This document shows, piece by piece, positions 25,024-39,066 of a stretch of DNA of 64,000 bases. The position numbers were made by a program, and so were the translations under genes. Under the pieces are notes generated by a model. The model had not been told where the DNA came from. It did no database searches and was given only the letters and a program-made list of their open reading frames with translations. Each line of letters opens with the position of its first letter. Position 1 is the first letter of the stretch. This DNA is from Leucoraja ocellata. Its lineage: Eukaryota. The stretch is taken from assembly GCA_036785375.1 (NCBI GenBank), contig JAWMAR010000024.1, forward strand, positions 4,774,001 through 4,838,000, given 5' to 3'.

Positions 25024-28000
25024 AGATTAGTTTAATTTGGCATCATGTTTGGCACACATATCGTCGGCTGAAAGGTCTGATCCTGTGTTCTACTGCTTTA
25101 TCCACCATTAACTTATTTTCTATCTTGTTTTGCATTAATGTCTTGACTTTTACACAGCATTTTTAATTTCACCAAATAGAAACATAGAAACATAGAAATT
25201 AGGTGCAGGAGTAGGCCATTCGGCCCTTCGAGCCTGCACCGCCATTCAATATGATCATGGCTGATCATCCAACTCAGTATCCCGTACCTGCCTTCTCTCC
25301 ATACCCCCTGATCCCCTTAGCCACAAGGACCACATCTAACTCCCTCATAATATGTATGTATGATTTATGTTTTTGGCTGTTGTCTGAATATGTGCTGGTG
25401 AGCAAGATTTTCATTGTACCTCATCCATATTTGTGCAAATGACAATACACACACAACTTGACTTGACTGTTTTTTTTACCTGCACTTTTTTAAACTATTC
25501 ATACTGTTTTTATCAGGAACTGGATTGTATTTTTTATCGTTTTTATTTATGCGTGAAATGTTTAAGTTTTTATGTGCGATGCTCCGGTAACGTCTTGGAA
25601 ACGTCTTCTCATTTTGCACTGTACAATTGTTGCTTTGCAAGATGACAATAAAAGGATGATAATGACATATAAGAAGATAGACACAAAATGCTGGAGTAAC
25701 TCAACGGGTCAGGCAGCATCTCTGGAGAAAAGGAAAAGGTGAGGTTTTGGGTCGAGACCCTTATTCAGACTGAGAGTCAGGGGACATGGAAACAAGAGGT
25801 ATGAAAAGGAACAGAACAGATCAGAGCCGGTACCGATGACCCAGGAAATGTGGAGCCCATAATGGTCCATTGTTTGTTGTAGAAGAGGTGAGCATGAGGG
25901 GATACGAACAGTAAAATTAGCAGGATGATTAGGGTGGGGGACAGACAGAGATAGTGGGAATTCATGTTCTATATCCCAAATTAGTTGTTTGGGAAAATAG
26001 GGGTATTGATGTGTTATCTTATGGGATGAAAGACTGAGCGACAAGACCAGCATATCGCCCATCCCTAATGGTCTACCCCGACTGCGGGAGAAAAGGAGGA
26101 AACAAGATAAGACTTTATTGCCTTCCATCACAGTGGGGAATGTGGTGGAGCCACTGTGGTGGATGTTTATGTAAAATTTTATGTAGCTGTGTGTCTTGTT
26201 GCTATTTTTGGTTTGATTGTGTGGCAAATACATTTCTTTGTATGTTGCAAAATATACTTGGCTAATAAAATTATGATTACGGTTGAAAAATCCACAAGAC
26301 AATGATTTTAACCGCCCTGTTCGAGAGTTTAATGATCTTGACTCAACAGTGGTGAGGTATTGTGGATACATTTTCATAAAGGGAGAATGAGTAATTTGAA
26401 GGCAAATCTTGGGGTATTCTCATACGCCTACTTCATGTGTCCTGAGTGGGAGAAGTCGAGGGTTTGGGATATACCATGAAAGAAAGATGGATGAAGAAGG
26501 GTTTTGCCCCGAAACGTTGCCTATTTCTTTCGCTCCATAGATACTGCCTCACCCGCTGTGTTTTTCCAGCATCTTTGTCCAACTTGGATGAATTGCTGTA
26601 GTGCATCCTGTACATAATAGCAACTTATCACAGAGTACCCAGACATTGACCTGGGATGGCCATCGTAATGTAACTGTTCCAATGGATCTGGCCAGTGAAG
26701 TTGTTGATGGATTGGATTCAGCAATACCAGTGAATGTCAAATTGAGCTTTTTAACCTCCTCTTTTTGGAAATGATAGCAGTTTGGCATTTGTATCATGAT
26801 ATTCTTGCCACAATTCAATCCATACTGATTGGGGATGATCAGCCATGATCACATTGAATGGCGGTGCTGGCTCGTAGGGCCGAATGGCCTACTCATGCAC
26901 CTATTGTCTATTGTCTATTGTCATACCTGAACGTTGTTGTGTAGGTCTCGTTACAAGAGGGGGTTAGTACACTTCCAAACACAAAATAACTGTTCATAAA
27001 TTAGCCTGTCTATGTGGAGTTTGCATGTTCTCACTACGACTGTGTTCTCCCAGGTGCTCTGGTTTCCTCCCATATCCCAAAGATGTGCTGGTGGCAGGAG
27101 AATCAGTAGTTTGCAGGAGGAGAGCCATTAAGGTCATAAGGCATTATGGACCAGTAGTAGAATTAAGCCATTCGGCCCATCAAGTCTGCTGCACCATTCA
27201 ATCATGCCTGATCTATCTCTCCCTCCTAACCGCAATCTCCTGCCTTCTCCCCATAACCTCTGACACCCGTACTAATCAAGAATCTATCTATCTCTGCCTT
27301 AAAAATATCTGCTGACTAGGCCACCACAGCCTTCTGTTGCAAAGAATTCCACAGATTCATCACCCTCTGGCTAAAGAAATGTCTCCTCATCTCCTTCTTA
27401 AAAGAACCTCCTTTAATTCTGAGGCTGTGTGTGACCTCTAGTCCTGGACTCTCTCACCAGTGGAAACATCCACTCCGTATCCACTCCATCCAAGCCTTTC
27501 ACTATTTTGTATGTTTCAATGAGGTCCCCCCTCATTGATGGGGACGTGAGGGTTAAATTGAGTTAGTGTAGACGGGCGCTCGATGATTAGTCTGGACAGG
27601 GTGGGCCAACAAGACTTTTTCCATGCTGTATGTCTCTGTGACAATAAACAGGCATTTTTCCAAACCCTCAATTATAACATGCTGAGAAACATAATTGTTA
27701 TATATGATTAATGGCAGATGAAAGCACTAACAGTTTCATTAGGACATAATTAAGGCAGAAGATTTATTGTGATTTGCTACTCACCTGTCTCGTTCATTCA
27801 TTAATATCTCTGCTTGGGAGAAGGGCCAGAAATGGACTGGGAGCCTCAGACTATGTGTAAAAAAAAAAAAACAAGAAGTCTATCAAAACACAGCTGCTGA
27901 AAAAAAAACCACTTCGCGATTGAGTTTCTCTTGATCAGTCACCACTATTGAACAGATGAATAGAAGAATAACTCGGTAAAGTTGTCTGTGCTTTGCCAAT

Positions 28001-28141
28001 GCACCAGGTTTTGTGCAGCCCTTCAATGCATTTGTTGCTCAGCGCTGCACTGTCAGAGTGCCACTTGCAGATGAACTTTAAACCAAGGCTCTGTCTCCAA
28101 ACTCCAGAGGAAAGAAAAAGTCCCTAGGCAATACTTTGTAT

Positions 28142-28332
28142 GAAGGTAGACAAAAATGCTGAAGAAACTCAGCGGGTGAGGCAGCATCTATGGAGCGAAG
28201 GAAATAGGCAACGTTTCGGGTCGACCCGAAACGTTGCCTATTTCCTTCGCTCCATAGATGCTGCCTCACCCGCTGAGTTTGTCCAGCATTTTTGTCTACC
28301 TTCGATCTCCCAGCATCTGCAGTTCCTTCTTA
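28142..28332. mobile_element. Fold-back Penelope-end insertion (near-perfect palindrome)
   Basis: Palindrome centred on gggtcgaccc (28218-28227) with arms of ~80 bp. TSD aatactttgtat at 28130-28141 and 28333-28344. Confidence 0.85.
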
Positions 28333-28789
28333 AATACTTTGTATGACTCGTTTTCACCTAACCCACAGCTAACAATGGACTGTTTCCTTGATCATCGTTA
28401 CTTTTTTGCAAATCTCTCATTTATTTGTTCTATGTCTCTATATCGCCATCCATATCTATCGTTCCCCTTTCCACTGAGTCTGTCTGATGCAGGGTCGCAA
28501 CCCCAAACGTCACCCATCCCTTCTCTCCAGAGATGCTGCCTGTCCCGCTGAGATACTCCAGCATTTTGTGTCTATCTTCAGTGTAAAGCAGCATCTGCAG
28601 TTCCTCCCTGCACACTTTACAGAAGGCTGACTTCAGGGCACGGAAACTGAAGGCCTGGAGGGGAGAGAAGGGTGGCTTCCTGTTGATCCGAATGAGGGGA
28701 GGGCTGCAACATGTCCTTTATGGCCAGCTGCAGCTAGGACTGTGCAAAATGGTGCCAAAATCTGGCAATAATTGTACATGGACTCGTAG

Positions 28790-29243
28790 TTTCACACAGA
28801 AAGGAAACAGGGCCTTTGGCCACACCGTCCAACATGTCCTATCTACACTAGTCCCACCTGCCTGTGTTTGGCCCATATTCCACTAAACCTGTCCTATCTA
28901 TATACCTGTCCAAATGTTTCTTAAAAGTTATGATCGTCCCTGCCTCAACTACCCCCTCCAGCAGCTCATTCCATACACCCACCACTCTTTGTGTAAAAAC
29001 GTTACCCCTCCGCTTCCCATTAAATCTTTCCCCCCTCACCTTAAACCTATGTCCCCTTGTTCTTGATTCCCCTACTCTGGGCAAGAGACTCTGTGTGTTT
29101 GCATCTCGATCTATTCCTCTCATGATTTTGTACATGTTTATAAGATCACTCCTCATCCTCCTGCGCTCCAAGGAATAGAGTCCTAGCCTGCTCAACCTCT
29201 CCCGAGAGCTCAGGCCCTCGAGTTCTGGCAACATCCTCGTAAA
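28790..29243 (-). mobile_element. CR1-like LINE 3' fragment
   Basis: ORF 28848-29234 LGLYSLERRRMRSDLI...FTQRVVGVWNEL, followed by 3' UTR. Confidence 0.9.
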
Positions 29244-30359
29244 TCAAGTTTCAAGTTTGAATCTTGCCAGGACATGAGGGCCTGGGCTATAGGGAGAGGT
29301 TGGGCTGTTTCTGTGCATGGGGTACTTAATCAGGGATCGTCCTTCTGTGAGGCAAAGATCTCACTGATCTATATGCAAACAAATGTATTTCACTGTTCCT
29401 AGGTACACATGAACTATTGAATCAGAAGAGCAGATGTGACCTTCAAGTTGTCCTACAAGTGCATAACATGTTTCAAGATTATAAAAGTATCTGGCTGGAA
29501 TTTTAATTGGATACATGTACAGTGAAGGCTCCCAAAGGCTAGAAATGTAAACGTCTGGAGAAAAGCGAGGATAATTATGGTCTCCCGCTACTTTATTTGA
29601 AGTCAAACAAGGTTAGGATTAGAGGATATTAGCTATAAGGAGAGGTTGGACAAACTTGGAATGTTTTCTCTGGAGTTTGAGAAGCGAAGGAGATACTGAC
29701 AGAAGTATATACAATTATAACAGGCACAGGTGGAGTGGGTGTTCAGAACCTTTTTCCCAGGGTGGAAATGCCAGGATGAGTGCAGAGCTTTAAACTGAGA
29801 GAGGCAAAGTTTAATGGAGGTGTGCGAGGCAAGTCTTTTATGCAGAGAGTGGTGGGTGCATGGAATGCACTGCAAAGGTGGTGGTGGAGGCCGATACGAT
29901 CGTGGGATTTAAGAGGCTTTTAATAGGCACATGGAAATACAGTGGGATGGAGGGATGTTTTCACGAGAGAGTTAAATTTAGCTTTTAGGGCTAAAGGAAT
30001 CAAGGGATATGGGGAAAAAGCAGGAACGGGGTACTGATTTTGGATGATCAGCCATGATCATATTGAATGGTGGTGCTGGATCGAAGGGCCGAATGGCCTA
30101 CTCCTGCACCTATTTTCTACGTTTCTATGATATGGATCACATATGGGCAGAGGTAATTAGTTTAACCTGCAATCGTGCTTGGCACAGACATTGTGGGTTG
30201 CGGTGGTGAACTTTTGCATGTACTATGTTCGACTTCAGAAATGCTAGTTCAACTGGATTTGGGCATTGTGGAATGTGAATGGAGAATGTTCCTTCGGAAG
30301 AGTCTCGCTCCGTTTTATCATGATTCGGTTGACGTGCGAGTCCGGGTTAATATTAAGTT

Positions 30360-30475
30360 TCATACCTGTACGTTGAGGCTGATTTTTGGTCTAACAACGA
30401 TGTTGGTGGCATCTTGCCCATATTCCTTTTGCACTCGTGCATAATTGGCTCTGATCTCCACACTTTGGCGGCTCG
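30360..30475 (-). CDS. DCDC1: DCDC1 last recognisable coding exon (ASRQSVEIRANYARVQKEYGQDATNIVVRPKISLNVQV*)
   Basis: ttttctctttcctgcag acceptor in phase 1. EIRANYAR...AT.IVV matches the human C-terminus (recalled). Ends either at TGA 30362-30360 or at a CAG|gtatga donor at 30366. Confidence 0.9.
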
Positions 30476-30876
30476 CTGCAGGAAAGAGAAAAAAAATTGG
30501 TGATCAATAACAAACTATGGAGATACCTTCCCAATACATCACACACGCAGACAATGGAAGTGTCTACAGACCATTGATGACCTGATTTGGAACAATATTT
30601 GCATTCAGGGTAAGCGGCAATATAAGCTTCTCGCTTCTAAACAACAAGACATCATTTTGAACATGATACAGATTTACCCACTGAGGTAAAACGTCGCCTG
30701 TTCATTCTCTCCAAAGACGCTGCTTGACCCGCTGAGTTCCTCTAGCACTTTGTCTTTTGGCCACTGACAATCCCTCGTACCACATTGAGCCATGCGGCAC
30801 AGAGACAGACCCTTTGGCCCAACTTGTCCATGCCAACCAAGATGCCCTATCTTGGGGGGGGGGGGGGGGTGGAATG

Positions 30877-31192
30877 GGACATGGTAGCACAGCGGTAGAG
30901 TTGCTACCTTACAGCGCCAGAGACCTGGGTTCGACCCTGACTGTGGGTGCTGTCTTTACGGAGTTTTACGTTCTCTCTGTGATCACGTGGGTTTTCTCCA
31001 TGTGCTCCAGTTTCCTCCCACACCTCCAGTTTCCTCCCAGATGTACAGGTTTGTAAGTTAATTGGTTTCAGTAAAAATTGTAAATTGTCCCTAGTGTGTA
31101 GGATAGTGCTAATATACGGGGATCGTAGATCGGGGTAGCCTCGATGGGCCGAAGGGCCTGTTTCTGTGCTGAATCTCTAAACCAAACTAAAT
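30877..31192 (+). mobile_element. HE1-like SINE
   Basis: Full head, core and tail, inserted in a LINE tail. Confidence 0.85.
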
Positions 31193-34100
31193 CTAAGCTA
31201 GTCCCATTTGCCTGTTTTTGGCCCAAATCCCTCCTAAACGATACTTATCCATAAACCTGTCCAAATTTCTTTCAATTATTATTATTGTACCCACCTCAAC
31301 TACTTCCTCATGCAGCTCATTCCATATGAGTAATGACAATCCACATTTATATCATTGGCAAAGTATCACAACAGAGATTGAGTCGGCTGAATCCATGCTG
31401 TTTCCCTTTCCCAATGGCGACCAGCTGATTGAGAATAAATAAGTTGATCCAAGTGTGTTTTGAATACTCTTGCTATACCATCTTTCTGGTGCTAAGAGTA
31501 TGAAGACAATTTGCAAATGAGTAGGAGGCTTTCTGTGTGGAGTTTGCACATTTTCCTTGTGACCTGGGTTTTCTCCATGTGCTCCGGTTTCCTCCTACAT
31601 CCCAAAGATGTGCAGGTTTGTAGGTTAATTGGCTTTAGTAAAATCTGTAGTGTGTAGGACAGTGCTAGTGTACAGGGATCACAGGTCGGCACAAACCTGG
31701 TGTGCTGGAGAGCCTGTTTCAGCGCTGTATCTCCAAAACTAAACTAAACTACATTAAACTAAACTAAACTAATTGTAGGGGACATTTTTTCATCATTATT
31801 TCTGCACGATGTGCCTCGTTTGCTTTAAGTCTGATGCAATTTTCTCAGGGTCAGTGGACAACTGTCTGCCGTGATTCTGCTCTCTAAATTGTGACTAAAC
31901 TTGGCGCAAACTTTTCAAGCTCTAATTGTGCCAAAGAAATCCTCCTGATTCCGAATGGACAAACATTTTTGTAGCAAATGGTTAATAAATAGCTCGCTGT
32001 TTTAATTTTCTTCAAAGAGCAACATGAATGAAACCCGTACTTTCTGCCGCAACCAAGTAAGTGTGCTTCTGTCAGACGGCATGCAATGTTCAAGTCTAAT
32101 GAAAAGCTTGTTTTTCCAAACTTTTTTGGGTCCTTTGATCTTTTATTTACAATTCTGAGGAAAAGGAAAAGAGCAGCAGATCTTATCTGAGCCAGACTGG
32201 GATGCATGCCAGAGTTTGCATGGCCTTCTAAAATATCAGCGCAGCGACTTACAATTTTCGACTATCTATATCAGAATGTCTAAAATAATAGTTTTCCAGA
32301 GTTGCAGACCTTGCCTCTGTGTGCTGGGGGTTCTTTAACAAATAAACCATTGTGGAAAACTGACATCAAGAAATTTAATCTTGCTCACTTGTGTATATGC
32401 CAGCAGAGAATTAGTGTGCAGTGAAAAATGGTACAAGGAAAACAAATCTGTAATATAATGAGCTGGAAGGTGGGGGTGGTGAGGTGTATGGCTGCTTTAA
32501 CTCATAGTCAAAGCGTAGAAACAGGCCTTATGGCCCGACTTGTTCATTCCGACCATCTAGGCTAGTCCCAGTTGCCTGCATTTGACCCTTATCTCTCTAA
32601 ACCTTTCCAATCCATGTATCTGTGGAAATATCCTTTAAATGCTATTATTGTACCTGGATTATTGTACCGGGATCAATTACTTTTTTGGGCAGCTCATTCC
32701 ATACACCCACCACCTTTGCATGAAAATATTGCCCCTCAGGTTCCTTTTATATCTTTCGCCCCTCACCTTAAACCCTGGGTAAAAGATTGTGTGCATTACC
32801 TCATTTATTCCTCTCATGATTTTATACACCTCTGTAAGATCATCCCTCAAACTCAAGGATTCAAGGAATAAAGTCCTGCCCTGACCAACCTCTCCCTATA
32901 GCTCATCAGTCAAGACCTGGCAATGTCCTCGTAAACCTTCTCTGCACTCTTTCAAACTTAATGGTATCTTTTCTAGAACAGGGTGACCAGGACTGAGCAT
33001 AATACCAAGTGTGGCCTTACCAACATGCCTATTGTAATACTTTGACAAAAGGCAGGCTGACCTTGTGGTCACATTTCAGTGCAGTTCCATAGGAGCTTTG
33101 TATTGCCAGAGATGCCATTTTTGACAGACGTTTTAATTTAAAAAGATTCCTAAGCGCTATTCAATAAATGTAAATCTTCTGGAGAGAATCACAATGAGAA
33201 GCAGGTTGCCTTCCAAGACCCGAGCATGATTTAGTAAGTTTACACTCGGTCTGATATTAAGGCATTTAAATAAACATGGACCCATCCAATCCATCAGATA
33301 CAAGATGTAAGCCTTGAAAATTGATTCCAAAGCATGTCATTTTTTTATGTACTAAACAAGTGAATCAAGGTGTACAATTGATCATGAGAACAATATCAGC
33401 ACTTTATAAAACAGATCATGGATCACATGCTTCTAGAACATGGAACATAGAACAGAACAGTAAAGGAACATGACCTTCAGTCCACAATGTCTGTGCCTAT
33501 AATGGTGCCAAGTTGAACTACTCTCCTGTACTTGGTCAACCTCTCTTCTTGGCCTGCCCTGTTTTGCCGATTATACAAAACCTTGACAGCGCGTACAACC
33601 TGATTCAAAAACAGCGTCTTTCCTGCTGGTATCAGACTCTTGAACGATCCTCTCATAAGCTGAGGATGTATTCCCATTCTTCCAATCTACCTCATTGTGG
33701 CCCTTGTACTTTTTTTAATCTGCACTTTTTCTGCAGCTGTAATTATATTCTGCACTGATTTATTTCCTTTCTTGCACTATCTGTTGTATTCATGTTGATT
33801 TTATTATACATATGTATGGTATGATTTACCTGGACAGCACGCATAGCAATGTTATTCCACCGTATCGTGGTGCAGGTGACAATAATAAATCAACATCAAT
33901 GCACTTTTGTGTCTTTCCTTGGTAAACCAGCATACACAGTGTCTTGTTTCTACCTAGTGGATGAGGCAGTGGGATAACATACAGTAGAACTAGTGTGAAT
34001 GTGTGATCGATACTGTGGATCCAGTGGGCCGTAAGGTCTGTTTCAATGCTATACCTCTAAACTAGAATTAATTTTGAGAGGAGGCCTTCAACTTTATGAT

Positions 34101-34797
34101 TGAGAGGAGAGAGGATTACAGACTGAGCCATGGATGCCTATTGATGGAATTACTGAGTTACTGATTACTGAATTACTAAGTCTAGTGATGGAATTAGTTG
34201 CACACCAAAAACTAAAATTCTGGAAAGTAGTAAGCGAATAATGAAAGAACAATTTAATAAAAATTCTGTGCTACAGCCCGACTGTTTTCCTTTAATAGTT
34301 TTCATTAAAGTAAAAACTAATGGAAGGTGCCAAAAGATACTTCAAGTTTGAACGGGCAGCCTAACAAACACTGAGTGTTTCATAGTGCCATACATTCTTC
34401 CTGTCGAATTAAAAACCTGAAGGATCATCTCTTAAATTGGGAACACATTTCAGCAACTCAATCTTTAATCCATTGGAGCATTTCGTGGAATTTGGAAATA
34501 ACAGTTAAAGAAGCAAATCTTTCAAAGTGCTCGTGGCAATTAAATCTCACGAGTTGATGTTTTTCTCGATAAAGGTTGACTCCAAAATTTCATTTCAGAA
34601 CAGGAAATAAGGAACAGTGCAGGATCCAAACATGAAATGGAAACACAACCGGGCCTCCCAGAGCAACCTTTGCGTGAGAGAAATGAGTTAAGGGTAGCGT
34701 ACACTCGGCTTTGCTGACAACTCTGGGTTTCTACAGACGTCATGCAATGGGCAAGAGGTCATCTCCGGGAGATGATCAGACCTGCAACAGCAACTAG

Positions 34798-35096
34798 CAG
34801 CACGGTGGCATGGCGGTAGAGTTACCGCCTTACATGCGCCAGAGACCCGGGTTCGCTCCTCGCTACAGGTGCTGTGTGTACGGAGTTTGTAATGTTCTCT
34901 CCGTGACCTGCGTGGGTTCTGTCCGAGATCTTCAGTTTCCTCCCACACTCCAAAGACGCACCGGTTTGTAGGTTAATTGGGTTGGTGTAGATGTAAATTG
35001 TCCCTAGTATGTGTAGGATAGTGTTTGTGTACGGAGTTCGCTGGCCAGTGGGCCGAAGGGCCTGTTTCTGCGCTGTATCTCTAAACTAAACTAAAC
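34798..35096 (+). mobile_element. HE1-like SINE
   Basis: Full head, core and tail. Another copy at ~35416-35652. Confidence 0.85.
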
Positions 35097-37181
35097 AGCA
35101 AAATGGCATCAATAATCTGTGGCAAATGTTGATGCCTACAGGTTTCCTCAGGCGTCAGATGTGTTGAATGTGTTACCCTGAACATGGAAGAAAGGAGTTG
35201 CAACCAATAATAGTTCAATACTTCAATTGCTACTTTATGTCACATGTTGCTAGATACGGTGCAATGCTTTTTGCATGCAATCCAGTAAAATCATACTGTA
35301 CTGTACATACACAATCAGTTACACAAGAGTGTAAATATCTTTAAAGTCTAGTAAAAGTCTAAAGTGTAGTGATTGTAATGTAAAATAAAGCTGAGTTCTA
35401 CTGAGACAGGACAGTGGGAGGCACAGTGGCGCAGCGGTAGAGTTGCTGCCTTTGAGCGCCAGAGACCCGGGTTCGATCCTGCCTATGGGTTCTGGCTGCA
35501 TGGGGTTTTCTCCAGGTGCTCCAGTGCAGGTTTGTAGGTTAATTGGCTTCTGTAAATTGTCCCTAGTGTGTAGGATAGGGCTAGTGTACAGGTGATCGCT
35601 GGTCAGTGTGGACTCAGTGGGCCTGTTTCCACATCTTTAAACTAAACTAAAGTACACAATAAGTCACCATATTTCACGCGCCATGTTGTAGCTTTTAAAT
35701 ATCATTCTTAAAAATATCAAATCTTATCTTGGCCTTAAAGGCCATTTATCGTGGCGCCAGCACTGTATTGGTGATGTAGTGGATGGCCTGGTGCTATCGG
35801 TACCTTCCACCGCTGCACCACACCACACCACTCAGCAGGTCAGGCAACAACTCTGGAGAAAAATAATAGGTCAGAACCCTCCTCAGACAGTGGTTTCCTG
35901 AGTTTTGGGAATTAGTTTTCACAAGTTCCAGGAGCAGAATTAGGCCATCAAGTCTACTCCGCCATTCAATCATGGGTAGTCTATCTTTCCCTCCAAACCC
36001 CAATCTCATACCTTTCCCCAAAACCCCTGACACCCGTACTAATCAAGAATCAATCAATCTCGGCCTTAAAAATATCCACTGACTTGGCCCTCCACAGCCG
36101 TCTGTGGCAATGAATTCCACAGATTCACCACCGCCTGACTAAAGAAATTCCTCATCATCTCTTTTCTAAAGGTGTATCCTTTTATTCTGAAGCTATGTCC
36201 TAGACTCTCCCACTGGTGGAAACACCCTCTCCACATCCACTCTATCCAGGCCATTCACTATACGGTAAGTTTCAATGAAGTCCACCTTCATCCTTCTAAA
36301 CCTTTTCTGAGGCTATTCCATAACACACGTGGTGTGGAGCTTTGGGAAGCAATCTATGTAGGTGTGGGTAACACATGTATTAGATGTGCATCCGACACCA
36401 GGAAAATGCCAGGTACTCTAATGCAAGTGGTGACAAGAGGTGCTCAGTCCAATTTAATATTTGGCATGATTTCACCTGGCAATGGTAGCTCACGTGATTT
36501 ACTCAGAATGAGATCACTTTTAAATCACATGGGATTGAAAAAAAATATATATAAATCATTTCTGGGCTTAATTTTCTACCCGGTGCAGTTCAATGCAGTG
36601 CACCTTATTTTCAATGGCAGCGGGTAACTTTATATTATTATGGAGACATAGAAAATATAATCCAATTAAATCCCTTTCGTCGCAGCTTCTACATCAACTC
36701 CTTTTAGATGTCTGATCTGCTTGTTACCTGAAATTCGAGGCCTCTTGGGTAAGATTGAGAAGAACTGATTATTATGCTCTCTGTTTTCAATTCAGTTTAA
36801 ATTTTGTCATTTCAAATTTTCTGCACACTTTTTCAATAAGTAGAAAGGTTATATTCAACAAAACAGGTTCCATCTGGCAAAATATTCAAAATTTTCAGTC
36901 CAGAGGAAGGGTCTCGAACCAAAATATCAGCTGTCCTTTTCCCCTCCTCCTTCCACAGATGCTGCCTGACCCATGGAGTTGCTGCAGCAGCTTCTTATTT
37001 TTACTCAGGGTTCCAGCATCTGCAGTATCTTGTCTCTGACAGTTGATTTGAGTTGGTTTTCAACCAGCTTTCCTCATTGTTATGTATTGTCACTGGACCA
37101 GATTGGTTCCTTGATAACACAAGTGCAGTGAGGCTGTTTGATTTGTGTTTTTCTCCCGTTTCATTTTGGAGCATCTTGAGT

Positions 37182-38137
37182 CAGGGGCAGATCTACTATG
37201 AAACTAATGAAGTTTAAGCTTCAGGGCCCCTAAACCCGGAGGGGCCCCAGAAGCGACTTTAGTCCAGATATTCTACAGATTTAAATTGGAATTTCGATCT
37301 TTTTGTTTTCCTAGAAATTAATCTGATTTTTCATCTCAACTAAACCCCTCTCCTCGACTAGACTTCACCTTACACTTAAACCTCAACTCACTAAACCTCT
37401 CCTCGACTAAACCTCCCACCTTACACATAATCCCCGCCTTGATTAATCGCCGCCTCTCTCCCACTCCCGCGGGGAGGGTCTGCGGCCGCTGCCGCCACCG
37501 TGGGCGGGGGCGGGGCTCAGGCTTGACGTCAACATCAGCGTGCGAGCGCCCCTCCCACCGTAGCTGTGACCCGACTTCGGAGCTTCGGAGGTTCCGGCTG
37601 CAAGCCCGGTGGACAGGAATATCGGGAGCTCGCAGATCCCTGGTGGGAGGCCGCTTTTTGGAGCTCCCGCAACGGCAACTTCTCCCGCTGGAAGCACGGT
37701 GTTTAAAGGACTCGGAGCGGGGCCTAACTTCGCCCGGCGCGGCTTAAACGGCCCCGGGACTTACCATTGCCCGCAGGGGGCTTTAACATCGGGAGCCCCA
37801 GTTCGCCTTGATGCTGCAGTTGGACTGCTGGACCGTGGGAGAAGACCAAAGGGAAGAGTTAAGATTTTTGCCTTCCATCACAGTGAGGAGGTGTTGGGGA
37901 TTCACTGTGATGGATGTTTGTGTAAACTGTGTTAAGTGTGGGTCTTGGGTTTTTTTTTGTAATGTAAGACTGTTGAAAATGCAATTTTGTTCAAACCAAG
38001 CTGTTTGAATGACAATAAAAGGCATTCCATTCTATTCTATTCTAACAGTGGTTACTCAGACCTTGTTTGCTGGTTGCGAAGAGGCCCCCCTGTAACAGTT
38101 CAAGCTTCAGGGCCCCATAAATGTAGGTCTGCCACCG
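37182..38137. mobile_element. hAT-like non-autonomous element with a nested GC-rich retro-like insert (~37440-38044)
   Basis: TIR caggggcagatctac/gtaggtctgccaccg. 8-bp TSD tcttgagt/tcttgagg. Subterminal aagcttcagggcccc occurs twice. The insert ends in aataaa plus (ttcta)n. Confidence 0.75.
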
Positions 38138-39066
38138 TCTTGAGGAAGGATGGAATGTTTTAACCCTGCATGGACAGAGGTTTTATCAGCAACTGAAACC
38201 CCTAGCTGAGATTTGCTCCTTTTAGAGCTGTTTTCAGAGCAGTTTCAAAGAGTTTAGAGAGTGGTTGTGAATGATTGAATCCAGCACTCTTTTTGAAGCC
38301 CATTAACTCCTGATAAGAATCAGAAACAAACAGTTGTCGATCAGGCATGATGAGTGTACAGCCTCAGCACTTCAACCTCATTCTCCAAACTGAGCACATC
38401 ATCACCCCCCCACCCCCCCCCCCCCCCCAAAAAAAACAAAGTTTGGTCAATGAATTATGTTTTAAGGTGAAAAGAGATGCAGAGAAACAGTAACAGCAAG
38501 AAAGGGAATTTTAGAGCTTTAGGCCTTTGTTCTGCTGCCTCCGCTGGGATTCCAGAAAGTCTAGGACATGTAAGGGACCAAGGTTGAAGAGGAACAGGGG
38601 TCTCGGAGGTCCGTGGGATTGCTTGCAGGGATTGGTATGCTGAGATCAGAGTAAGAATTTAAAGTCAAGACACTGCTGGAGCTGAATTAATGCAGAGAAT
38701 TGGTACATTTATACGCTGGTCACAAGGAAAGTCATTTATTTTGTTCTACTCAAATGTTAAATCTGTGGTCCCTGATCCGATATAAACCCAAGTAGAGGAA
38801 GAAATGGCTGGGGGGCAAATACATTACACCAACTCGCGTTAAAATGACCCGAATAGCTTGCTTCCATAATTCCATAAATCATATAATAATTCCAATCTAA
38901 ACGGTCATTCCATAAACTGAGGTGCAGCCCCAATTTTCCAACCTACCTCATTCTGGACATGAGAAGCTTTCTCTGGTACTGTTATGCTACAGTGCTGAGA
39001 AACTATATCTTCACTGAATATACTTCCTTTCAAGTAACCTCTTGAGTTCAGTGGCAGCAACATCTA

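Noticed and set aside
25709-26377. 222-aa ORF
   Set aside because: It spans a Penelope end and another repeat fragment, with no protein similarity recognised.
28078-28101. Possible terminal DCDC1 exon FGDRALV*
   Set aside because: GAG acceptor is weak and there is no homology support.
34540-34790. Possible extra DCDC1 exon (ctgttgcag acceptor)
   Set aside because: The required phase hits a stop within 7 codons, and exon 42699 joins 30475 in frame as in the human protein.
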